NCBI GenBank assembly: GCA_964016885.1
Contig: OZ024752.1
Location: forward strand, 27,218,001-27,282,000
Reading direction: 5' to 3'
Length of the DNA stretch: 64,000 nucleotides
From: Eledone cirrhosa
Lineage: Eukaryota
Below, one piece after another: positions 1-9,217 of this stretch. A program made the position numbers and the translations under genes. Every line of letters begins with the position of its first letter. Position 1 is the stretch's first letter. The notes below the pieces were generated by a model. The model did not search any database. It was not told the DNA's origin and saw nothing but the letters and a program-made list of their open reading frames with translations.

Positions 1-123
1 AAGTTTGAAATCTGTTTAAAACTTCCCCAAAGAAAGAGGGGGAAAAAACAGACATTTTGAATATATACTGTAGGAATAAAACAGCAGAAACGAATAAATA
101 ACTAAATGAAATACATAGCACAA

Positions 124-162
124 CACACACACACACAGACACCGACACACACACACACATAC

Positions 163-195
<33 letters not shown>

Positions 196-230
196 CACAG
201 ACACCCACACACATATATATATATATAAAT
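124..230. repeat. compound (CA)n/(TA)n microsatellite
   Basis: Dinucleotide runs read directly. Confidence 0.95.
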
Positions 231-715
231 GTATGTGTGTGGGTGTATATCTAACTATTTATAATGATATGTCCGTTTGTGTAATCGCATGTGTCTATTT
301 GTATAATGTATCTTTTTCGTGGGGAGGGAGTAATCTTAAATTGATTATTAAGAAAAACATAAAATATGTTGCATATTTATATGATATTATCATTTATCTT
401 AATGATTTTGTAATTTCTTTCCTATCAAAATTTGATAAACTGAGAAAAATTGCAAATGGCTGCTGAAAACACTTCATTTAAAATCATAAACGTAGAATAA
501 AAATAATACTATATAACTTCTTTAAAGAAAATTACAGCGATTTGAAATAAATAAGAACTGAAGTTCTCGATGAAAATAAATTTAAGTGTTAGCAAACTAG
601 AACAGATACAGTAAGCTGTTATATTTTCCGCATATTTACATGACAAGCACAAAAACAGACACGATACATACACAAAAACATAACACACACACATGTATAT
701 ATTGATTTATATAAA

Positions 716-776
716 AATAAAATAACCAGGATGGTTGTGTTATCAACAAACCACGCACACACACACACACACACGC

Positions 777-874
<98 letters not shown>

Positions 875-963
875 ATGTATGTATGTATGTATGTATGTAT
901 GTATGTATGTATATATATAAAGAATATAAAGAATAAAATAACCAGGATGGTTGTCTTATCAAC
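716..963 (+). repeat. 32-bp direct repeats (716-747, 932-963) flanking a (CA)n(TA)n(TG)n(TATG)n block
   Basis: AATAAAATAACCAGGATGGTTGT(G/C)TTATCAAC occurs twice with one mismatch. Confidence 0.9.
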
Positions 964-1409
964 TTGTCTAAACAAATTACATCGTTCCTGTGTCAGTGTT
1001 GAACAAAAAGGTGACGTGGTTGCCTTAACACCGTATGGCATAAATTCAGGCTGTTCAGTTTGTTTACAAACGAACAAAGCGACGTTAGCGCCGCTAAACT
1101 GATACGTGCATATATGTATGTGTACCTGTATGCATATGTATGTATATATGTATATATATATATATATATGTGCATGCTACTGTACGTCTGTATACATATA
1201 TGTATGTACGTATACATGCATACTTACATTTAAGTAAGTGCCATACTAAGAGTGAGAAATGAAATTTCGTTTTCATTTTGTTTCAATTTATCGTTTTCGG
1301 TATGCCTGACCGATTTAACTCACTCAATATGCAAATTAGGCTGCTCAGCCGTTAATTTTCATAAGGAAAGTATATACTTTCGAACGTTCAACTATCTGGC
1401 AGATGGGTA

Positions 1410-1454
1410 AACGGTGCTGATGATAGCTAACAAGCTTGAAACTAGTACATCGTT
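1410..1454 (+). ncRNA. type-I minimal hammerhead ribozyme (copy 1)
   Basis: AACGGTG-CTGATGA-TAGC(TAACAA)GCTT-GAAA-CTAG-TA^-CATCGTT. Stem I AACGGTG/CATCGTT, core CUGAUGA and GAAA, stem II AGC/GCT, palindromic ACUAGU stem III, GUA triplet. Predicted cut 1447/1448. Confidence 0.88.
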
Positions 1455-1879
1455 CCTGTGTCAGTGTTGAACAAAAAGGTGACGTGGTTGCCTTAACACC
1501 GTATGGCATAAATTCAGGCTGTTCAGTTTGTTTACAAACGAACAAAGCGACGTTGGCGCCGCTAAACTGATACGTGCATATATGTATGTGTACCTGTATG
1601 CATATGTATGTATATATGTATATATATATATATATATATGTGCATGCTACTGTACGTCTGTATACATATATGTATGTACGTATACATGCATACTTACATT
1701 TAAGTAAGTGCCATACTAAGAGTGAGAAATGAAATTTCGTTTTCATTTTGTTTCAATTTATCGTTTTCGGTATGCCTGACCGATTTAACTCACTCAATAT
1801 GCAAATTAGGCTGCTCAGCCGTTAATTTTCATAAGGAAAGTATATACTTTCGAACGTTCAACTATCTGGCAGATGGGTA

Positions 1880-1924
1880 AACGGTGCTGATGATAGCTAA
1901 CAAGCTTGAAACTAGTACATCGTT
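1880..1924 (+). ncRNA. type-I minimal hammerhead ribozyme (copy 2)
   Basis: Identical to 1410-1454. Confidence 0.88.
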
Positions 1925-2347
1925 CCTGTGTCAGTGTTGAACAAAAAGGTGACGTGGTTGCCTTAACACCGTATGGCATAAATTCAGGCTGTTCAGTTTG
2001 TTTACAAACGAACAAAGCGACGTTAGCGCCGCTAAACTGATACGTGCATATATGTATGTGTACCTGTATGCATATGTATGTATATATGTATATATATATA
2101 TATATATGTGCATGCTACTGTACGTCTGTATACATATATGTATGTACGTATACATGCATACTTACATTTAAGTAAGTGCCATACTAAGAGTGAGAAATGA
2201 AATTTCGTTTTCATTTTGTTTCAATTTATCGTTTTCGGTATGCCTGACCGATTTAACTCACTCAATATGCAAATTAGGCTGCTCAGCCGTTAATTTTCAT
2301 AAGGAAAGTATATACTTTCGAACGTTCAACTATCTGGCAGATGGGTA

Positions 2348-2392
2348 AACGGTGCTGATGATAGCTAACAAGCTTGAAACTAGTACATCGTT
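2348..2392 (+). ncRNA. type-I minimal hammerhead ribozyme (copy 3)
   Basis: Identical to 1410-1454. Confidence 0.88.
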
Positions 2393-2815
2393 CCTGTGTC
2401 AGTGTTGAACAAAAAGGTGACGTGGTTGCCTTAACACCGTATGGCATAAATTCAGGCTGTTCAGTTTGTTTACAAACGAACAAAGCGACGTTAGCGCCGC
2501 TAAACTGATACGTGCATATATGTATGTGTACCTGTATGCATATGTATGTATATATGTATATATATATATATATATGTGCATGCTACTGTACGTCTGTATA
2601 CATATATGTATGTACGTATACATGCATACTTACATTTAAGTAAGTGCCATACTAAGAGTGAGAAATGAAATTTCGTTTTCATTTTGTTTCAATTTATCGT
2701 TTTCGGTATGCCTGACCGATTTAACTCACTCAATATGCAAATTAGGCTGCTCAGCCGTTAATTTTCATAAGGAAAGTATATACTTTCGAACGTTCAACTA
2801 TCTGGCAGATGGGTA

Positions 2816-2860
2816 AACGGTGCTGATGATAGCTAACAAGCTTGAAACTAGTACATCGTT
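2816..2860 (+). ncRNA. type-I minimal hammerhead ribozyme (copy 4)
   Basis: Identical to 1410-1454. Confidence 0.88.
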
Positions 2861-3283
2861 CCTGTGTCAGTGTTGAACAAAAAGGTGACGTGGTTGCCTT
2901 AACACCGTATGGCATAAATTCAGGCTGTTCAGTTTGTTTACAAACGAACAAAGCGACGTTGGCGCCGCTAAACTGATACGTGCATATATGTATGTGTACC
3001 TGTATGCATATGTATGTATATATGTATATATATATATATATATGTGCATGCTACTGTACGTCTGTATACATATATGTATGTACGTATACATGCATACTTA
3101 CATTTAAGTAAGTGCCATACTAAGAGTGAGAAATGAAATTTCGTTTTCATTTTGTTTCAATTTATCGTTTTCGGTATGCCTGACCGATTTAACTCACTCA
3201 ATATGCAAATTAGGCTGCTCAGCCGTTAATTTTCATAAGGAAAGTATATACTTTCGAACGTTCAACTATCTGGCAGATGGGTA

Positions 3284-3328
3284 AACGGTGCTGATGATAG
3301 CTAACAAGCTTGAAACTAGTACATCGTT
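3284..3328 (+). ncRNA. type-I minimal hammerhead ribozyme (copy 5)
   Basis: Identical to 1410-1454. Confidence 0.88.
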
Positions 3329-3723
3329 CCTGTGTCAGTGTTGAACAAAAAGGTGACGTGGTTGCCTTAACACCGTATGGCATAAATTCAGGCTGTTCAG
3401 TTTGTTTACAAACGAACAAAGCGACGTTAGCGCCGCTAAACTGATACGTGCATATATGTATGTGTACCTGTATGCATATGTATGTATATATGTATATATA
3501 TATATATATATGTGCATGCTACTGTACGTCTGTATACATATATGTATGTACGTATACATGCATACTTACATTTAAGTAAGTGCCATACTAAGAGTGAGAA
3601 ATGAAATTTCGTTTTCATTTTGTTTCAAATTATATATACATATGTATGTATATATATTAATAAATAAATATAAATATATATGTATGTATATATATATATG
3701 TATGTATATACATATATATATAT

Positions 3724-3917
3724 AACGAAGGAATTGTAGTAAGGAACCACATGGACCATAACGCACCAGAGTACTCAATACTTAGTGTAGTAGAGTGGGT
3801 AATAGGAAAAAGTATGACCCCGACGGCAGAGCTCAAGCCGTTTCGACGGCTATTTCTGGACGCTATTTCAGTCCAGAAATAGCCTTCGAAACGGCTTGAG
3901 CCGTGGGGGTCATACTT

Positions 3918-3923
<6 letters not shown>
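3724..3923 (-). mobile_element. ~200-bp fold-back element in (TA)n, probable Penelope-type pLTR fragment with inverted partial duplication
   Basis: Homologous to 8725-8918. Arms AAAAAGTATGACCCC...GCTCAAGCCGTTTCGACGGCTATTTCTGGAC / GTCCAGAAATAGCCTTCGAAACGGCTTGAGC...GGGGTCATACTTTTT. The minus strand reads GAAA-CGGC-loop-GCCG-TC, a hammerhead 3' half. Confidence 0.65.
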
Positions 3924-3957
<34 letters not shown>

Positions 3958-3989
3958 TTACGTATATATACAGGCGGATTTAACGCTAT

Positions 3990-5360
3990 GAAAGTATTGC
4001 GTTTCTGAAAAAGTTGCTGTAGAGCAGATTGGATTTTCCCATTGATTTCGTGTTGTAAATGCACAATAAATACATGCGTAACAGAGCCATTTTAATGCAT
4101 CGAAAACAACAATTTAGCACACTGCTGTGCGAGGCCTGGTGTTGCAATGAGTGTAGTATTTCATCATTATATTTCAAAATATTCTTACGGTTGTAGAACT
4201 TATACAAAGTCTTTTCGTCAGACATTCTTTGACCTCATCACTGACTAGAATTTTTTGTGACTCTCCTGCGTTCTGTCCTACACCATCTTGTTTTTGTATG
4301 TTGTGTCTTGTGTGCTTAGTTGGCGCATGGGTTACATCCGAGTGTATGTATGTGTGTGTTTGTGTTTATTTATTTATTTATGTGTTTATTTACTTGTCAC
4401 TAGTTGGTTGTTTGTTCTATCTATGTGTCTGATTTATGTTGTTAGCATTTTTTTTCTGTGTGTCTGTATGACTTCATTTTGTCCTTAATTATTAGTTGGG
4501 ATGTAACTATTCCACTCATGTTTTCTGTTTAATTTTGGTTGGAGTTCGTTTATATTTGTCGCCTCTGTGATTTGTCTGAGCATTGTATCTTTTCTGTGTA
4601 TGGATATAATTTTTATCTCCATGTTCTCTAATGTGCCTCTATGTTCTATTTTGGCATATTGGTGGAGTACTGATAAGTTTTTACCACCCGGGACTTCTCG
4701 TCAGTGTTCACTTATCCTTTCTCCTATACTACGGGCTGTTTCACCTATGTATGTTGTGTTCTTATTCCTATACTGTCCCTCAGTACATCTTATGCTATAA
4801 ACTACGTTCCTAGATTTGCAGTTACTTTGCAGGTTTAGCTTGCAGACTTTGCATTTCCTATCAGGACAGGGGGATCTTTGAAATGGGTATGTTTTGCAAA
4901 TTAGGATTTTATGGGAATACCTAGTCTTTCAACTATCTTAATATTTCATTTGAGCTTGTCTAGGACCTTTCAAATCAGTAAGCTAGTTCACTTCTAGGGG
5001 TTGTATTGACGAACATTACACTCTGGTGTTTATTGCTATCATACCATGAGTTTATTTTATTTGACTTATTCATAATCCTTTCTATTCTGTTCCATCATTT
5101 TCTATAATCTTTGCCCATTTGGTTCTGGCTCCTTTATATACACTGAACTTGTCTCTCTGACTATAGCCAGAAAACTGCATGCAGTAAATGAAGTGTTGTA
5201 TGTGTTTCTCTAATTCTTTGTGGTTGCACATGCGGGACACGTTCCTCATCACTCTTACTAAGTCCTCAATGAGTATGTTGATTTTTATGTGATCCGAAAC
5301 AGCTGAGTTTCGGTGGATCAGGTATTTGGAGATCTTGGATTTGGCATAATGCGAATGGAG
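3990..5360 (-). mobile_element. 5'-truncated Penelope-like retroelement (PLE); 3' boundary approximate
   Basis: Contains the decayed RT-thumb/GIY-YIG ORF below, followed by an A-rich 3' region running toward the (TA)n at ~3925-3970. Confidence 0.8.
4485..5360 (-). pseudogene. decayed PLE polyprotein: RT C-terminal/thumb region plus Cys motif plus GIY-YIG endonuclease
   Basis: Hand translation of the minus strand gives YAKSKISKYLIHRNSAVSDHIKINILIEDLVRVMRNVS...MQFSGYS (thumb), KCKVC...NCKSRNVVYSIRC...TYIGETARSIGERISEH* (VVY ~4798-4809, YIGET 4737-4751), and LRQITEATNINELQPKLNRKHEW with a stop at 4485-4487. Interrupted by stops and frameshifts. Confidence 0.9.
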
Positions 5361-5590
5361 GAGGTCACAGAATGTGTGACGAAAGGGCTTTGACGATAGA
5401 CAAACGACTGTCTGGTTATCGATCCAGCCAGCCAACCAGAAACTTATAATATAGTGAAGTGAAAACCAACAGTACGTTCGTTTTTATTGGCAACATGCCC
5501 CTCCCCCCACCTCCAAAGTATAACAATATCTGTTTCAACACGTTTTCAGATAAGAAATCTCGCAAAACAAATTCAAACGAATTTATATAT

Positions 5591-5711
5591 ATGCCGTACG
5601 GCATAAATTCAGGCTGTTCAGTTTGTTTACAAACGAACAAAGCGGGCGTTATAATAAGGGTCCGCTAAACTGATACGTACATATATATATGTGTACCTGT
5701 ATTTATATATG

Positions 5712-5779
<68 letters not shown>

Positions 5780-6205
5780 TGCTACTGTACGTCTGTATAC
5801 ATATATGTGTGTACGTATACATACATACTAACATTTAAGTAAGTGCCGTACTAAGAGTGAGAAATGAAATTTCGTTTTCATTTTATTACAACTTATCGTT
5901 CTCGGTACGCCTGACCGAACTCACTCGATATGCAAATTAGGCTGCTCAGCCGTTAATTTTCATAAGGAAAGTATATACTTTCGAACGTTCAACCATCTGG
6001 CAGAAGGGTATACGGTGCTGATGATAGCTAACAAGCTTGAAACTAGTACATCGTTCCTGTGTCAGTGTTGAACAAAAAGGTGACGTGGTTGCCTTAACAC
6101 CGTACGGCATAAATTCAGGCTGTTCAGTTTGTTTACAAACGAACAGAGCGGGCGTTATAATAAGCGTCCGCTAAACTGATACGTACATATATGTATGTGT
6201 ACCTG

Positions 6206-6275
<70 letters not shown>

Positions 6276-6391
6276 TGCTACTGTACGTCTGTATACATAT
6301 ATGTATGTACGTATACATACATACTTACATTTAAGTAAGTGCCGTACTAAGAGTGAGAAATGAAATTTCGTTTTCATTTTATTACAACTTA
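5591..6391 (+). mobile_element. diverged ~1.6-unit copy of the 468-bp retrozyme-like family
   Basis: Same blocks as 978-3632 with substitutions, a TTATAATAAG insertion and longer (TA)n. Confidence 0.88.
6012..6054 (+). ncRNA. type-I minimal hammerhead ribozyme (diverged subfamily)
   Basis: ACGGTG-CTGATGA-TAGCTAACAAGCTT-GAAA-CTAGTA^CATCGT. The core is unchanged although the flanks differ. Confidence 0.85.
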
Positions 6392-6392
6392 T

Positions 6393-6477
<85 letters not shown>

Positions 6478-6480
6478 ATA

Positions 6481-6537
<57 letters not shown>

Positions 6538-6559
6538 ATACACACACATACATACGTAC

Positions 6560-6596
<37 letters not shown>

Positions 6597-6627
6597 TACA
6601 TACATACTTACATGTATATATATACAC

Positions 6628-6695
<68 letters not shown>
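6391..6695. repeat. long imperfect (TA)n/(CA)n microsatellite
   Basis: Read directly. Confidence 0.95.
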
Positions 6696-6697
<2 letters not shown>

Positions 6698-7204
6698 GGA
6701 ATATAATACAAAAGAGATGTGAGAAAAACACACATATATCAAAATCACTAGACACTCATTCGCTGCTATATTAACACAGTCAGTTTCATCTGTGAAAGAA
6801 AAGCAATAAGAAAAAATAGCAAAAATATTAATAATAATAAATAAAATACATCACAAGTTTCAAACTTCTGAAAGCAAATTTCCATAAATTATTCTTTCCA
6901 CTCTTCAAGTTGCTCTAAACGAAACAACACAACCAAAAACTATATTAAACAAAGCAGAGGTTTAAATCTTTGCCCTTCTTCCCGAAAGATATGCTGCCCC
7001 CAGCCACTTCTAATAACCAACTGACTTTATCAATACATTCACTTTTCTCTGCTGCATGGCTCTGTTGTTGCTTTTTCGTTATATTTTTTTAGGACAGCTC
7101 TACAGATAAAAGAAAGTTCCATATGGACAGATTTGATTTATTTCCTTCTCCCCCCCCCCCCCCACGACATTTTCATGTCATTTAGCTAGCAACAACTCAT
7201 TCCC

Positions 7205-7385
7205 CTTCTTCTTCTTCTTCTTCTTCTTCTTCTTCTTCTTCTTCTTCTTCTTCTTCTTCTTCTTCGTCTTCGTTGTTATCCGAATCTTCCGCGTCCTCCT
7301 CCTCCTTCGCATCACCACCAACATCATCACCAACATCATCACCAACATCATCACCACCATCACCATCACCATCATCATCACCTCT
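7205..7385. repeat. trinucleotide microsatellite: (CTT)n grading into CCT/CAT/CAC triplets
   Basis: Read directly. It is the source of the spurious poly-K/M ORF 7178..7471. Confidence 0.93.
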
Positions 7386-7546
7386 TCAGACTTAGTCATC
7401 TCGGTGTCGCTGTCGATATAACTGTTCTTTATATCATTGTTAATTTTCTTCTCTATTTTTCCTTTCATCAACTCTATTCTTCTGTTTTATTCTTCATTTC
7501 AACTTGTTTTCTAACGTCATAAATTGTAATGGAACACTCTATGGAT

Positions 7547-7593
7547 ACACACACACACACACACACATACAGACAGACACCGACACAGACACA

Positions 7594-7669
<76 letters not shown>

Positions 7670-7772
7670 CACACACAAACATACGCACACCCCCACACAA
7701 ACAAACATACACGCACACACACACACACACACTCATATATATGTATGTATAAATATATATATATATATATAT
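7547..7772. repeat. (CA)n then (TA)n microsatellite
   Basis: Read directly. Confidence 0.95.
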
Positions 7773-7773
7773 A

Positions 7774-8536
7774 CTAGCAGAATGGCCCGGCGTAGCTCGG
7801 GCTTCTAAACATAGATTGGCATGTTTATCCCTCCTTTCTGAAACGGTACAGAGAAGTACGGAATACCTCGGCCTGGGGATGGTGTCTACAGTTTGTGCTT
7901 ATAAAAAAAATTCGTCGTAGATTACCAGGGGTTTAACTTAATTGGGTGCCTGAGAGGAAAATATTCAACCCACGAAAGCCAAGACGATAGGGTTAAGTAA
8001 AAAGGCATTCAACAAACCGAACATGTATTTGTTGTGCTATGGTACAATGAAAGTTACAGAGCAGTAAGCATGTGGGACTGCAGTGGTGGAGAGCATGAAG
8101 GAATTTAGTTGGATACTTTTAAGGTTACAAAAATCTACCCAATCTGATATAGACCGAATTGTTATATCGCATGCCGAACGCTTCTAAGTTACTATTGGGA
8201 TCAGCATCAACAATTTCAAGGGATGTACGTTTAAGTAGGGATAATATAGTCTATAAAGAGAGGTAACTCTTTCAAAATACTAAAGAGTTGTCTCTCTTGA
8301 ACATTGTAGACAAAATTTGCGAACTGACAAAAAAGGGCTTAAATTTTAGAAACAAAAAAACGCCTTTAACAACAGAAAATTGAAAAATAAAAGCTCCAGT
8401 TAATACCTTTAGACCGCAGGAAATATATAAATGCAAGTTTGAAGTCAATCTGAGTAGAAATGTGGATTTGTATAGACTTTCCAAAATGAGGACACACTCA
8501 CAGACAACTTCAGCTTTATATATATATATATATATA
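7774..8536 (-). mobile_element. non-autonomous Helitron (~760 bp)
   Basis: The minus-strand 3' end has a GC hairpin GCCCGAGCTACGCCGGGC (7785-7802) 7 nt before a terminal CTAG (7774-7777), followed by T. The minus-strand 5' region TATATATAAAGCTGAAGTTGTCTGTGAGTGTGT resembles invertebrate non-autonomous Helitron starts. The 5' TC is lost in (TA)n. Confidence 0.78.
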
Positions 8537-8553
8537 CATAAATGTATATATAA

Positions 8554-8591
<38 letters not shown>

Positions 8592-8692
8592 AAATATATT
8601 ATATATATATATATATATATGCATAAATGTATATATAAATGTGAAAGGGTGAAAGCAGCGATTCTTTGCTAAAACTTTAATCTGTTATTTTA

Positions 8693-8724
<32 letters not shown>
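8516..8724. repeat. imperfect (TA)n tracts
   Basis: Read directly; interrupted by ~55 bp of unique sequence at 8641-8695. Confidence 0.85.
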
Positions 8725-8725
<1 letters not shown>

Positions 8726-8913
8726 ACGAAGGAAATGTGGTAAGGAACCAGGTGGACCATAACGCACCAAAGTACTCAATACTTGAGGTAGTAGAGTGGG
8801 TAATAGGAACCAGTAAGACCCCGACAGCTGAGCTCAAGCCGTTTCGACGGCTAATTCTGGACTGAATTAGCCGTCGAAACGGCTTGAGCTCAGCTGTCGG
8901 GGTCTTACTGGTT

Positions 8914-8918
<5 letters not shown>
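8725..8918 (-). mobile_element. fold-back element, second family member, with a perfect 55-bp inverted repeat
   Basis: Arms 8803-8857 and 8864-8918 are exact reverse complements, loop TGGACT. The 5' part aligns with 3724-3860. Flanked by (TA)n on both sides. Confidence 0.75.
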
Positions 8919-8955
<37 letters not shown>

Positions 8956-9217
8956 AGTGTATATATAATATATATAAATATATGTATATTATATGTATAT
9001 ATATATATATCATATAGATATTATATATATATATATGTGTGTGTGTGTGGGCGTGTAGCCTATGTTTTCTGAGCATATTCTTTCAATATAACTGTTTTAC
9101 GGTTTACATATTTCGTGCTATCGACGCTGGCACACGCGTTTCAATGAAATAAATATACTCACAATATTTAGGCATTTAGACTACATACACACACCTATAT
9201 ATATATATACATATATA

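Larger units (their letters stand above)
978..3632 (+). mobile_element. tandem array (~5.7 x 468-470 bp) of a hammerhead-containing retrozyme-like non-autonomous retroelement
   Basis: Anchor TACATCGTTCC at 978, 1446, 1916, 2384, 2852, 3320. The only differences I found between units are one A/G site and one extra TA. There is a hammerhead at each junction and no real ORF. Confidence 0.85.

Noticed and set aside
1345-3618. Repeated 60-74 aa ORFs (MFVCKQTEQ..., MKTKFHF...)
   Set aside because: They are antisense by-products of the 468-bp unit and their frames are not kept in the diverged copies.
978-3632. 468 = 12 x 39, suggesting a link between the two repeat periods
   Set aside because: The 468-bp unit has no 39-bp substructure and its length varies (470 bp, and other lengths in the diverged copies). 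Treated as coincidence.
3724-3923. MITE interpretation of the fold-back elements
   Set aside because: The inverted arms cover only one end of the element rather than both termini, and they differ between copies.
6700-7180. Possible host exon or splice acceptor (TTTTTTAG ~7085-7092)
   Set aside because: No convincing ORF, donor site or homology visible.
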